Shown here in pieces: positions 1 to 9,065 of a DNA stretch of 64,000 bases. Under the pieces are notes generated by a model that worked only from the letters and a program-made list of their open reading frames with translations, was not told where the DNA came from and searched no databases. Every line of letters begins with the position of its first letter. Position 1 is the first letter of the stretch. The position numbers and the translations under genes were made by a program. Source of the stretch: a virus (taxonomy: Duplodnaviria > Heunggongvirae > Uroviricota > Caudoviricetes); the IMG/VR virus record IMGVR_UViG_3300031998_000001, positions 237,064 to 301,063 of that record; one strand, written 5' to 3'.

Positions 1-9
1 TCCATAACT

Positions 10-38
10 AATATATAGTTAATAGATAGGAATTTCAG
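10..38 (-). promoter_or_regulatory. CTGAAA-N17-TATATT phage promoter (copy 1 of 11), pointing out of the window
   Basis: Exact hexamers with 17-bp spacer, same as 10 other intergenic copies. Confidence 0.75.
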
Positions 39-50
39 AAAGTCCCGAAA

Positions 51-58
51 TATAAATA
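51..58 (+). promoter_or_regulatory. T4-type late promoter TATAAATA
   Basis: Exact T4 gp55 consensus upstream of ORF 117. Confidence 0.65.
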
Positions 59-116
59 ATATGTGCGGGGCGATATGCCCGCGCGATGAAACAAATATAA
101 TATAACAATTATCAAT

Positions 117-605
117 ATGAGAGTTTTAGAAATTACAGGAAAGAGCACAAGCGAAAAGGACGGCACACTGTCAATCACGGCGAAAGGCGTTATTTCTGGC
201 GAGCAGGAGAATGGCTATTTTATAGCAAACCTTACGGAGTGCAGCGTCACGATTGACGGAAAGTCAATTATGAGTGCCGACAAGTTGTACCTTGCCAAAG
301 AGTATGATACCGACTTGAATGAAATCTACTACAACGACGGCGAGAATTACATATCATTAGGCTCAATGATTGAAAAGTCTTGGAAACCGAGCGACTTCCG
401 CGTATCGAACACCGAAGTTTCAGGCGAGAGCGGGAAGATTATCGAAACCTTGCAGGAAACCATAAGCAAGATGGGCGACACATACAAGGCTGTCTTCAAC
501 TACATTGCGACTGGCGACACCGTAAAGGCTCGCAAGGTTCTGTATAGTCTGGTATCACCGTTGAAGGCAATGAACTTGCTGTTCGACGAACAGGGCTTGA
601 TTTAA
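117..605 (+). CDS. hypothetical protein (late-expressed)
   Basis: 162-aa ORF, AT-rich leader, TATAAATA upstream, terminator downstream. Confidence 0.75.
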   Translation: MRVLEITGKSTSEKDGTLSITAKGVISGEQENGYFIANLTECSVTIDGKSIMSADKLYLAKEYDTDLNEIYYNDGENYISLGSMIEKSWKPSDFRVSNTEVSGESGKIIETLQETISKMGDTYKAVFNYIATGDTVKARKVLYSLVSPLKAMNLLFDEQGLI

Positions 606-623
606 CCCTTCGGCAACACACCA

Positions 624-659
624 AAAAAGCCGTTCCGTTCGGGGCGGCTTTTCTTTTTT
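624..659 (+). terminator. rho-independent terminator
   Basis: AAAAGCCG..CGGCTTTT hairpin followed by T tract. Confidence 0.7.
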
Positions 660-701
660 CCTGACATTTATAAATAATATAGAATATAATGATTTAAAGT
701 T

Positions 702-1196
702 ATGGCTACTGATATTACCGCTGCACCGACAGAAGAAAAAGTGTTCATAGGAGTTGAATACAACAAGGAGTGTGGAAATGTGTACCCGACACCAGAGGGG
801 GAAGAACACGGTGTATATGTCCCAGTCGGCTCGACCGTCACATTCGCATTTATACCGAACACAAACTACTTCATAGAAAATATGATAATTGACGGTGAGA
901 AACTTCCACAACCAGTGCATACATACACATTCTCGAATGTCAGTTCGGAGGAACAGCATACTATTAGCATTGGATTCAATTCAATCAAAGAGAACGAGAA
1001 TGGCAAGTTATTGAGAGATGAAATGGCTGATGCCACAAAGCATATGCAACAATTCATAGAGAACGCCCTCCGCCCAGACATCGACACCCACGCCCCGTTG
1101 AGCAAGTTGAGATACGACCTGCTTGACATCGACAAGATGCTTCGGACTTTGTTCGGGTATGTTGACAAACTCTCAACCGAATCGAACCTCAAATAA
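702..1196 (+). CDS. hypothetical protein with a small beta-rich (InlB-B/Flg_new-like) module
   Basis: GSTVTFAFIPNTNYFIENMIIDG...YTFSNV..HTISIGF pattern; TATAAATA at 669-676. Confidence 0.55.
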   Translation: MATDITAAPTEEKVFIGVEYNKECGNVYPTPEGEEHGVYVPVGSTVTFAFIPNTNYFIENMIIDGEKLPQPVHTYTFSNVSSEEQHTISIGFNSIKENENGKLLRDEMADATKHMQQFIENALRPDIDTHAPLSKLRYDLLDIDKMLRTLFGYVDKLSTESNLK

Positions 1197-1211
1197 AAAC
1201 ACGACAGGACT

Positions 1212-1769
1212 ATGCTTCTTCCAGCAAGGAACAACCAGTTCGAGTTCTTCTTCTCGAAAACGCTCATACCGAAGGAAATCGAGGAACTCTACAGCCCGTA
1301 CCTGACAAGGATAGCGGGAGGGTGCATCGACCGTTGCATCGACTTCCTCAACTACGGCATACAGAGTTTCAACCTCGAAGGCGTACAGTTCGATGTGGCG
1401 AGGCAGTCGGACAGGCGGACACCGTACGACAGGATATTCCGCTCGTCCCAGACACCAGAGTCAACGCAGGGCAAGACGCTCACGATTACAAACCAGTTGT
1501 ATGACGGGCACATAAACTACTTCCTCTGGCGGTCGCTCTATGACTACTACTACAAGTCGGCACAGCACTCCGTCCTTCCGGGCATACCGTTCGTGCGGAT
1601 ATTCGACGCGGACGGCTATGAACTCTTCGACATAGGCTTCAGGAACATAATCTTCACGGCGATAGACGGCATAGACTTCAACTATTCGAGCAACACGATT
1701 GATATGAAGACATTTACCTGCACATTTCAGGCGCAGGAGGTTATGGTGAAACTCGCGACATTGAGATAG
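1212..1769 (+). CDS. putative virion protein (tail-tube/baseplate-like)
   Basis: 185 aa, late operon, beta-rich C-terminus IDFNYSS..FTCTF resembling T4 gp19/gp54-type tube proteins. Confidence 0.4.
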   Translation: MLLPARNNQFEFFFSKTLIPKEIEELYSPYLTRIAGGCIDRCIDFLNYGIQSFNLEGVQFDVARQSDRRTPYDRIFRSSQTPESTQGKTLTITNQLYDGHINYFLWRSLYDYYYKSAQHSVLPGIPFVRIFDADGYELFDIGFRNIIFTAIDGIDFNYSSNTIDMKTFTCTFQAQEVMVKLATLR

Positions 1770-1786
1770 AATACGGGAGAAACGAT

Positions 1787-2092
1787 ATGCCGAGCAAAAG
1801 CAAAAAGCAACAAAGGTTCTTTCAACTTGTCAAGGCTGTTCAGGACGGCAAGGTCAAGAGGAAGGATGTAACCAAAGGCGTAAGGGATGCCGCTGGCTCT
1901 ATGTCAAAGCGTCAGGTGTCCGACTTTGCCGACCATCTGTCAAGGCGCAGGAAAAGAGTCAACGACGGGATTATGTGCTTCGATGACTTCGTGGCATCCG
2001 CGCTCTGCGAAACTCTTTTCACGCATATCAAGAAATTAAGTGATTTCGGAATTATCCCTTTTAGTCTTGTAAAATGTGAGTTGTATAAATAG
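1787..2092 (+). CDS. DUF3008-like small basic phage protein; C-terminus altered by the cassette insertion
   Basis: MPSKSKKQQRFF..V..VQ.G motif; removing the cassette and one TSD gives ...HIKKLSDFK-TAG. Confidence 0.65.
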   Translation: MPSKSKKQQRFFQLVKAVQDGKVKRKDVTKGVRDAAGSMSKRQVSDFADHLSRRRKRVNDGIMCFDDFVASALCETLFTHIKKLSDFGIIPFSLVKCELYK

Positions 2093-3331
2093 AGTATAGT
2101 ATTTCAATCGGATGGAAAGAGTTTACACATACAAGTTCAGGTTGTATCCGAACAGAGAGCAGCAGGTTTACCTTGCCAATGTGTTCGGTTGTTGCAGGCT
2201 TGTGTACAATCATTTCCTTGATGAAAAGAAAAACCAATACAATGAATCCAAAACAAGTGATTCGTACAATGTACAACAGTCTAAACTGACACTACTTCGC
2301 AAGACTGAAGGTTTCGAGTTCTTGAATGCTGTTCCTTTGCAGTCTTTGCAATGCAGTTTGAGAAATATGCACACCGCATACGAGAATTTTTATAAACATA
2401 GAAGTTCTTATCCGAAGTTTAAGAACAGAAGGGACAAACAATCGTTCAAACTACCACAGGAGCAATGCTTCAAAATAAAAGATGGCAAACTTTACATTCC
2501 GAAACTAAAAAGCGGGATTGATATTGTGATGGAGCGTGTGGTTGTAGGAAAGATATGCTTTGCAACCATCTCAAAAAACAAGGCAGGACGTTATCATATA
2601 ACCATAACAGTCAAGCAAGACTATGAACCTTGCAAAAAGACAAACCGTTCGGCTGGACTCGATATTGGTATAAAGGATTTTGTCATTACAAGTGACGGGG
2701 TGAAATATAAGAACCACAGGAGTATAATTAGGGCATTAAAACGCAAACTCAAACATAACCAACGACATCTGTCAAGAAAGATACACGGAAGTAAACGATA
2801 CGAAAACCAAGTGTTGAAATGCAACCGAATCTATCAAAAGATAACAGATGTCAAAACTGACTACATACATAAGATAACCAATGAACTTGTTAGAAACTAT
2901 GATGTTATAAAGGTTGAGGACTTGAACATCAGAGGAATGATGAGGAATCACAAGTTATCAGAGGCAATATCAGAATGTAATTGGTATCAGTTCATACAGA
3001 CGCTTGAATACAAGTGCCTGTGGAATGACAAGACCTTGATTAAGATTGACAGGTTTTATCCGTCAAGCCAAATGTGCAGTGATTGCGGTTATGTTGAAAA
3101 GCGTGTAAAGAACTTAAATGTAAGGGAATGGACTTGTTGCAACTGCGGTTGTCATCACGACAGGGACATCAATGCAGCAAGAAACATTTTGAAATATGAT
3201 TCGGCAAGGAGTGCCGAAAACAGTCGTGGAGTTGTATGCAAACCGTTTGCAAGACCCAAGAAAACTGGTGAACGAACGGACAACTGTGAAGCGACCATTG
3301 AACTTTTACAAGAATAAAAGGGATAATTCCG
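2047..3331 (+). mobile_element. 1285-bp TIR-bounded, transposase-less element carrying tnpB (IS1595-like ends)
   Basis: 28-bp inverted repeats 2047-2074 and 3304-3331 (1 mismatch); 8-bp direct repeat AGTGATTT at 2039-2046 and 3332-3339. Confidence 0.9.
2112..3317 (+). CDS. tnpB: TnpB RNA-guided nuclease (IS200/IS605-type OrfB)
   Basis: YKFRLYPN..Q HTH; RuvC-I GLDIG, RuvC-II VEDLN, Zn finger CSDC/CCNC, RuvC-III DRDINAARNI all intact; TATAAATA at 2084-2091. Confidence 0.95.
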   Translation: MERVYTYKFRLYPNREQQVYLANVFGCCRLVYNHFLDEKKNQYNESKTSDSYNVQQSKLTLLRKTEGFEFLNAVPLQSLQCSLRNMHTAYENFYKHRSSYPKFKNRRDKQSFKLPQEQCFKIKDGKLYIPKLKSGIDIVMERVVVGKICFATISKNKAGRYHITITVKQDYEPCKKTNRSAGLDIGIKDFVITSDGVKYKNHRSIIRALKRKLKHNQRHLSRKIHGSKRYENQVLKCNRIYQKITDVKTDYIHKITNELVRNYDVIKVEDLNIRGMMRNHKLSEAISECNWYQFIQTLEYKCLWNDKTLIKIDRFYPSSQMCSDCGYVEKRVKNLNVREWTCCNCGCHHDRDINAARNILKYDSARSAENSRGVVCKPFARPKKTGERTDNCEATIELLQE

Positions 3332-3354
3332 AGTGATTTCAAATAGGAACGCCG

Positions 3355-4083
3355 ATGGAAAACAACAGAATCATAAACTGGAGCGGATACGAGTGGCAGA
3401 CGCAGGAACGCTGGGGGAATCTTCATAAGGACAAGGCTTGGGCTTGGTACGACTCGAAGTGCGTGGGCATTGACGATGACGGGACGCTCCGCCTGTGGAT
3501 AGACTACCGCCCGAACACGGTAACGGTAGATGGCGTGCAGTACAGCCCGTCATACGGAATGGGGCTTCTCTCCTCGACCAAGAACAACCCAGAGTTCAAG
3601 TTCGGCAGGTACGCTTGGGAGGCGAAGTTCCCGAAGGGCAAGAACCTGTGGTGCGGTCTGTGGATGTGGTCGTGGCAGTCTTGGCCCCCAGAGATAGATG
3701 TGGTCGAGGCTTGGACTAACTCCTGCGGGGGATACTTGAAGTGCTTTGCGAAGGACGCTCTGCTGTACTGGGACTTGACGACGAATCTGCACGACCCGAA
3801 CGCGAAGTGGAATATGGTCAGGCACTGGGCGTTGAGGCACAATGCGAAGAACCCAGCCGACAACTTTATGGAGTACGCGCTCGAATGGACACCAGAGAGC
3901 CTGAAGTTCTACTACGGGGGCAAGTGCATAAGGACTATCGACGACAGGGAACTTATGGAATACCTCAACTCCAATACCAACGGGGGTATGAATGTCATTA
4001 TGAACAACCACCCGACGGAGAAGTACGCATCAATCTCCCCGTCGGAGCCGTTGCTCGTGCGCTCGTTCAGGTACGAGAAATGA
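3355..4083 (+). CDS. glycoside hydrolase family 16
   Basis: F.FGRY..EAKFP.G..LW..LW and catalytic PPEIDVVE motif, Y.LEWTP. Confidence 0.85.
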   Translation: MENNRIINWSGYEWQTQERWGNLHKDKAWAWYDSKCVGIDDDGTLRLWIDYRPNTVTVDGVQYSPSYGMGLLSSTKNNPEFKFGRYAWEAKFPKGKNLWCGLWMWSWQSWPPEIDVVEAWTNSCGGYLKCFAKDALLYWDLTTNLHDPNAKWNMVRHWALRHNAKNPADNFMEYALEWTPESLKFYYGGKCIRTIDDRELMEYLNSNTNGGMNVIMNNHPTEKYASISPSEPLLVRSFRYEK

Positions 4084-4102
4084 TTTGTGGCAACACATAC
4101 AC

Positions 4103-4132
4103 AAAAGCCCGAACAACACTTCGGGCTTTTTT
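4103..4132. terminator. bidirectional rho-independent terminator
   Basis: AAAAGCCCGAA-loop-TTCGGGCTTTT between convergent genes. Confidence 0.8.
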
Positions 4133-4136
4133 ATTT

Positions 4137-4161
4137 CGGAATTATCCATTTGGTCTTGCAA
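4137..4161. repeat. orphan TIR of the CGGAATT cassette family
   Basis: CGGAATTATCCATTTGGTCTTGCAA, close to the TIRs at 2047 and 5884-5908. Confidence 0.75.
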
Positions 4162-4173
4162 CGATTGGGCAGG

Positions 4174-4917
4174 TTAAACGCCTTTCATACGATACATATA
4201 ATATTCCTCGCATTTTTCCCCAGTGTTCTCGTGCGTCCAAGTCTTGCCTGTAAAATAGACCCATTCGGTAGTGCCGTGATATTCGTGATTTGATACATTC
4301 CTTTTGCCCGAAACTTGCGTCCGAACATAATTTTCGGCTTGCTTCTTTGATGGGAACACCTTGCTGTCGATGCAAACATATTCATCCTCAAGGTCGCCTT
4401 TTCTCCAAGCGGGACGATAATGGAATGTCTTGACTTCATATTTGCCCCCGCTGGAACTTGCCATTTCGTCAATCCTCTTGCTTTCCGCCCTATGCGAAGC
4501 ACGGCTTTCGGTCATTCCTCTCCTTATCCTGTCGTAACTTCTCGGAACTCTGTCTGGGCGTTTGCTTTCAATCCTGTCAAGCATCCGCTCAAATTCGGAT
4601 AGCGTCATCGTTTCCCCGTATCCGTCCACTTCGCATTTCCCGAAATCGTATATCTGCTCGCCACCGTTAAAGCGCATAATGCCACGACCGTAGCACAGTT
4701 CCTTCAGCCTCTTCTCTTCATCCGTATTTCTTACATATACGGCGACTTTCCCCCAGTTGCCGTCCTTTCCGCCGAAATCCATTTCGTCCGAGAGCAGATA
4801 TGTGCAGCCTCTCCGCCTTTCAGACGGATTTGCGTCCTCCAGTGCCGTGAAGTCAAAGTATTCCTTGCCGTGCCATACTTCGTTCACAAATTCATCATAT
4901 CCCTTGATGTGTGCCAT
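4174..4917 (-). CDS. hypothetical protein with CTS-like N-terminus (candidate internal head protein)
   Basis: MAHIKGYDEFVNE start; TATAAATA on minus strand at 4942-4949. Confidence 0.7.
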   Translation of the reverse strand: MAHIKGYDEFVNEVWHGKEYFDFTALEDANPSERRRGCTYLLSDEMDFGGKDGNWGKVAVYVRNTDEEKRLKELCYGRGIMRFNGGEQIYDFGKCEVDGYGETMTLSEFERMLDRIESKRPDRVPRSYDRIRRGMTESRASHRAESKRIDEMASSSGGKYEVKTFHYRPAWRKGDLEDEYVCIDSKVFPSKKQAENYVRTQVSGKRNVSNHEYHGTTEWVYFTGKTWTHENTGEKCEEYYMYRMKGV

Positions 4918-4976
4918 ATTCAAATAGATTATATACTATCTTATTTATATTCCGCAAAACTAAATAATCTCATTTT

Positions 4977-5005
4977 CTGAAATTCCAATAAATAGCCTAT
5001 ATATT
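4977..5005 (+). promoter_or_regulatory. CTGAAA-N17-TATATT phage promoter
   Basis: Exact match upstream of ORF 5051. Confidence 0.8.
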
Positions 5006-5050
5006 AGTGATGGAAAGAAACAATTATTAACAACTTAAAAAAACAGAACT

Positions 5051-5296
5051 ATGGGAAGACCAGTAATTGATTTAAGAGAATTTCTCAACGCGGTTGAAAC
5101 GGTAAGCAAAGAGGTGGCAAAGGACAGCGACGGTAACAGATACCTCGTGGTCGTGGTGAAGTCGGAGGACGGGACATACGCATACTACTGGCACGACGAG
5201 GAGATGCCGACCGCGTTCCACGACTTCGCGACAGGCATCGGCACGGCGGAGGAAGCAAGACAATATGCTCTCGAAGAGTGCGGTGCAGGCGCATAG
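5051..5296 (+). CDS. hypothetical protein
   Basis: 81-aa ORF downstream of promoter and AT-rich leader. Confidence 0.7.
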   Translation: MGRPVIDLREFLNAVETVSKEVAKDSDGNRYLVVVVKSEDGTYAYYWHDEEMPTAFHDFATGIGTAEEARQYALEECGAGA

Positions 5297-5316
5297 CACA
5301 TTTTTTCATTTTTAAA

Positions 5317-5908
5317 CGGAATTGTCCCCTTTGGTCTTGCAGATTTTTTTTCAATTTCAATCGGTTATCTTTTATCTCTTACAAGAAATACATAATTCCT
5401 TTCATATTTATTTGATGAATAAATACAAAACTCATACATATTGTCAATACCATAAGAATATGCGCAGTGTTTAAATTTACGGTCTGTGTCCTTTGTCCAG
5501 ATATGAAAGCCACCGCCGTATGGGGCTTCATCCCTTATTCTTAATTCCTCACCCTTTATTTTTATAATTTCATACGGGATTGACCAATAGGCGTTCCATC
5601 TTGTGTTCGGTTTGAATATCTGCTTTATCTCTTTTAATGTCGGAAGCCTCCATCCGTTGTCATTAAAGTCTTCAACATCATTGAACTTAAATTTGTGTTC
5701 ACCATTGATTTCAAGTGCGTATTTTGCCCAAAGCACTGTTGTATTACCACCGAAATCAATAAACTCACGCCCTTCGATTTGATTTGTATTGGTTGTGTCA
5801 ACCGTAGCATTTTCGATTGCCATTTCGTTAATTCTTTTGATGTGTATCATATTCAAATAAATTATATTATCTTATTTATATCTTACAAGACCAAAGAGGA
5901 TAATTCCG
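5317..5908 (-). mobile_element. 592-bp TIR-bounded cargo cassette, same family as the tnpB element
   Basis: TIRs 5317-5341 and 5884-5908 (22/25 match); 8-bp direct repeat TTTTTAAA at 5309-5316 and 5909-5916. Confidence 0.88.
5365..5850 (-). CDS. cargo protein: CTS-like N-terminus plus DUF1566/Lcl-like (WRLPT..E) domain
   Basis: MIHIKRINEM start; FIDFG..LWA, GWRLPTLKE, IWT, FLVR motifs; TATAAATA at 5873-5880 inside the cassette. Confidence 0.7.
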   Translation of the reverse strand: MIHIKRINEMAIENATVDTTNTNQIEGREFIDFGGNTTVLWAKYALEINGEHKFKFNDVEDFNDNGWRLPTLKEIKQIFKPNTRWNAYWSIPYEIIKIKGEELRIRDEAPYGGGFHIWTKDTDRKFKHCAYSYGIDNMYEFCIYSSNKYERNYVFLVRDKR

Positions 5909-5933
5909 TTTTTAAAAACTATAAATTACAAAG

Positions 5934-5960
5934 AAAAGCCCAATGTGTGTCGGGCTTTTT
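5934..5960. terminator. rho-independent terminator
   Basis: AAAAGCCC-loop-GGGCTTTT downstream of ORF 5968-8988. Confidence 0.65.
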
Positions 5961-5967
5961 CTCTTAT

Positions 5968-8900
5968 TTACTTCGTATTCAACTTGGCGTTAACGCTGGC
6001 AAACTCCTTGCTCAACCCAGAAGATGTGCCCCTATTGGCAATATCTACGATAGACGGAAGAATTTTGCCGCCAGTGTCACTGGCATCGGCAATCTCGTCC
6101 ACGCTCGGCATATATCCAGTTCCACCGCTTCCGCTACCACTTCCGCTTCCGCTTGACGAGCCACCGTTTCCATTGCTTGCACTGCCCGTGCCCAATGGTA
6201 CATAGGAAAATATCGAATTTGCAAAAACAGTCTCGGTTTCCTTGTCGGCATTGTTACGCCTGAACGGAACGTGGTCGTTGAACAAGAACCTTGGATTGAG
6301 TATGTACGAATAATTGAGCGTTGCGCTCGTGTACAACTTATCGACAACCGTCATTACCTTTCCGCCATTGCTTATCGGCTTGGTGTACGATGGAATGAAG
6401 AATGTGATTATATTCTTTCCGTCAATATTTATCAGCCAGTCGCTTAATGTGATGTAAAGCGTATCGCCAGCGGGATACTGCGAATTGTAAACTGCGGACA
6501 CCCACCCCTCGTTTCCTGCAAAATCAATCGCCCAGTCATTTGTATCACCAATCGGAAAAATTGGATTTGAGTTTACATCTGACATTCCACCATTGCTATT
6601 GTGCCTCGTCAGGTTGCCGAAACCATTGCTCAATGCGCTTTCGGAATAACTGAACATAGCGGTTGTCGGCTCGGAGAAGAACTTGTCGCTCGGAGTAGTC
6701 TTGCTTTCCGTAAAGAATGTTCCAGTTCCGTTGAGCGAACCCACCATACACGCATTCAAATCACTGCTATACGGTATGGCGCAGACGATAGGAAGATATA
6801 TGCTGCTATATAAGTTGACATTTGCATATCCCCTCAACGGAGTTGTGCCGAACAGGGGGCAATAGTTGGCAAGGTTTGCGCTCCCCTCAAGAATACGGTA
6901 GCCGTTGTAATAGTAGTAATTGTTTATCCTCGTCGAGCACTGCACCACATTGCCGACCTTTGTCCAGTCGGTGGACACGAGCGAACAGAACGCACCGTTG
7001 GGTGGCTGGTGATTCCGAATACTCCTCGAAAACATATTGGAAACAATATTCCCGTCGGCATCAAGATATTTCTCAATGATATAGCAGAACTTACCGCTTA
7101 CCATCTGGTACTTGTACAGGTCATCGTGGGTAACGATTATCGGCTTGCCGTGGTGCAAGGTACACAACCCGCCCATATTCAGGGTGATATTCTTGTAACT
7201 GCTCAAACTCGGAGCAAAATACAGCGGATTGGCGTAATATGTCTGGTCGTTCCCCCTGAACGCCCTGTCCTGCGCATTGCTGTCGAGCCAGATATTGTTT
7301 GCGTGAGCCGTGAAGTTGTTTATGTCATAGAAGTCAAGCGTCTGACCGCTCTTCGCATCGTTCGCGCCCCTTACCGCTACATCCTCGCCCCTTGCCGTTG
7401 CATAGTAGTCCTTGTGGTTGTTCGGGTTTACGCCGACCACGACATCACCGAAGTACATCGGGAGATATATGTTGCTCCTGTTGTAGTTCGCCACCGCCTC
7501 TGGGTCTTGGGACAGCACGCTACCGCCTGCTATATAGACATCACCGCCAGCCTTCTCGTTGTACTCCCTGCCGCCAGAAACGAGGACGCTGTTCCCGTAC
7601 TTTCCGCCCTCTATGTTAAGTTGGTTGGTAAGTTTGGATGAAGTCGAGTTGCCAGAAGTGTTGAGCGTAATGAGGGGTGAACAGCCGTACTGCGAACCTT
7701 TGGGGAGGTTGTCCTTGTACGCCTGCGTCATATTCACCCGACCTGTGCATACCACATTCATATTGCTGTCATAGTACATAGTCTTTTCGCCCATAGCACC
7801 AGTTATATAGTCTGGTGAAGCATCATTCATACCGTCAAGCGACAGGCAACCTCCATACGACTTTGTGTCGCGGATGTTCATACCCCCGCGCTTCCTGTTG
7901 ATATGATTCAGCCCCAACGAGCCGAGCGTAACAAAATTACCAGCGACAGCACCGTTGCCGTGCGTAGCAAGGTGGGTTTCGGCATCATCGCACACATTAA
8001 AAACAAAAACGCCCGTGTCCGAATAGTCTGGAACACGAATCATACCCGCAAATGAACCGTTGCCAAGAAAAATCGTATTTACTTGGTTGTCAAACCAGCC
8101 GAGTGAAGATAATGAGTTGTTGTTGGGTATCATTATGTTCCAGTCGAAACTATCCACATATTTGATAAATCCCCACTTCCACTTCGTCTGGTCGTCAGAA
8201 GCCCAAGTGCTTATGTACCCGTTGTTGTCACCGACGAGCAACGGCTTTATGTCGGTCGAGTCAGTCGAGCCAGCAAGCGGTGTCCACTTGAGTTTCCTTC
8301 CGCCCTCGACCACAAGGGAGTTCCTGTCCACCCCGTCGGAACTCGAAAGCCTCGTGTCGCCATCGGAGTGGATGTCCAGTATCGCCCTGTCACCGTCATA
8401 GTTGACGCTTATCCTTCCCGAAAAGTAGTCCGTGTGTACAAAATCCCGATAGAACTCTATGCCGTCCGTGTGGGGGTGCGCTTCGCCCATCGTATTGTTG
8501 CAGATGACAATGGAGGGCTTTGTCTCTATGCTCCTTTCGGTGATGCCGTTGAAGGTGCTTCCGAATGTAAGGTAGTATTCGCTGAAGTCGCTTTTCTCGA
8601 CTATCGCCCCGACACTACCCCTTACCGCGAACGGGCTGTCGAGAGCACTCGTTATGTTGAAGTCGGTCACCTCCCAGTGGGACATACCGCCGTCCACGAC
8701 ATATATCCACACATATCCGTTCTCGTCTATGCCGAGGTCGTTTTCCTGCGGTTCAATCATCGGTGTCTGGGGGATTCCCCTATCGCCGTCCATCGCAAAC
8801 CAAGCGCACCCGCGCTCGCCCTGCAAGCCCCTTGCGCCCCTCGGTCCCATTTCACCGCGTTCACCGCGCTCGCCCTGCACCCCGCGAGGACCCCCGCCGT

Positions 8901-8988
8901 TAGCCTGTATCTGGTCGAAGTTGTAGTTTATCTTCTGCACCATTCCCTGAATGGTATCGCCAGCATTTATGTCCTGAAGTTGTATCAT
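5968..8988 (-). CDS. large virion fibre/baseplate-associated protein with short collagen-like repeat
   Basis: GXY repeat GPRGVQGERGERGEMGPRGARGLQGERG, Gly/Ser linker, late promoter 9009-9016. Confidence 0.7.
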   Translation of the reverse strand: MIQLQDINAGDTIQGMVQKINYNFDQIQANGGGPRGVQGERGERGEMGPRGARGLQGERGCAWFAMDGDRGIPQTPMIEPQENDLGIDENGYVWIYVVDGGMSHWEVTDFNITSALDSPFAVRGSVGAIVEKSDFSEYYLTFGSTFNGITERSIETKPSIVICNNTMGEAHPHTDGIEFYRDFVHTDYFSGRISVNYDGDRAILDIHSDGDTRLSSSDGVDRNSLVVEGGRKLKWTPLAGSTDSTDIKPLLVGDNNGYISTWASDDQTKWKWGFIKYVDSFDWNIMIPNNNSLSSLGWFDNQVNTIFLGNGSFAGMIRVPDYSDTGVFVFNVCDDAETHLATHGNGAVAGNFVTLGSLGLNHINRKRGGMNIRDTKSYGGCLSLDGMNDASPDYITGAMGEKTMYYDSNMNVVCTGRVNMTQAYKDNLPKGSQYGCSPLITLNTSGNSTSSKLTNQLNIEGGKYGNSVLVSGGREYNEKAGGDVYIAGGSVLSQDPEAVANYNRSNIYLPMYFGDVVVGVNPNNHKDYYATARGEDVAVRGANDAKSGQTLDFYDINNFTAHANNIWLDSNAQDRAFRGNDQTYYANPLYFAPSLSSYKNITLNMGGLCTLHHGKPIIVTHDDLYKYQMVSGKFCYIIEKYLDADGNIVSNMFSRSIRNHQPPNGAFCSLVSTDWTKVGNVVQCSTRINNYYYYNGYRILEGSANLANYCPLFGTTPLRGYANVNLYSSIYLPIVCAIPYSSDLNACMVGSLNGTGTFFTESKTTPSDKFFSEPTTAMFSYSESALSNGFGNLTRHNSNGGMSDVNSNPIFPIGDTNDWAIDFAGNEGWVSAVYNSQYPAGDTLYITLSDWLINIDGKNIITFFIPSYTKPISNGGKVMTVVDKLYTSATLNYSYILNPRFLFNDHVPFRRNNADKETETVFANSIFSYVPLGTGSASNGNGGSSSGSGSGSGSGGTGYMPSVDEIADASDTGGKILPSIVDIANRGTSSGLSKEFASVNAKLNTK

Positions 8989-9008
8989 ATCCTAAAGATG
9001 TTATATAT

Positions 9009-9038
9009 TATTTATAAATAACACCGACCGTATAAATA
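9009..9038. promoter_or_regulatory. divergent late promoters (overlapping TATTTATAAATA plus second TATAAATA)
   Basis: Palindromic 9009-9020 and TATAAATA 9031-9038 between divergent genes. Confidence 0.7.
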
Positions 9039-9065
9039 CTATGTTAACCAAAATCATATTTCATT

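Noticed and set aside
5365-5500. Diversity-generating retroelement target (CLec-like C-terminus)
   Set aside because: No template repeat or reverse transcriptase is visible in the window.
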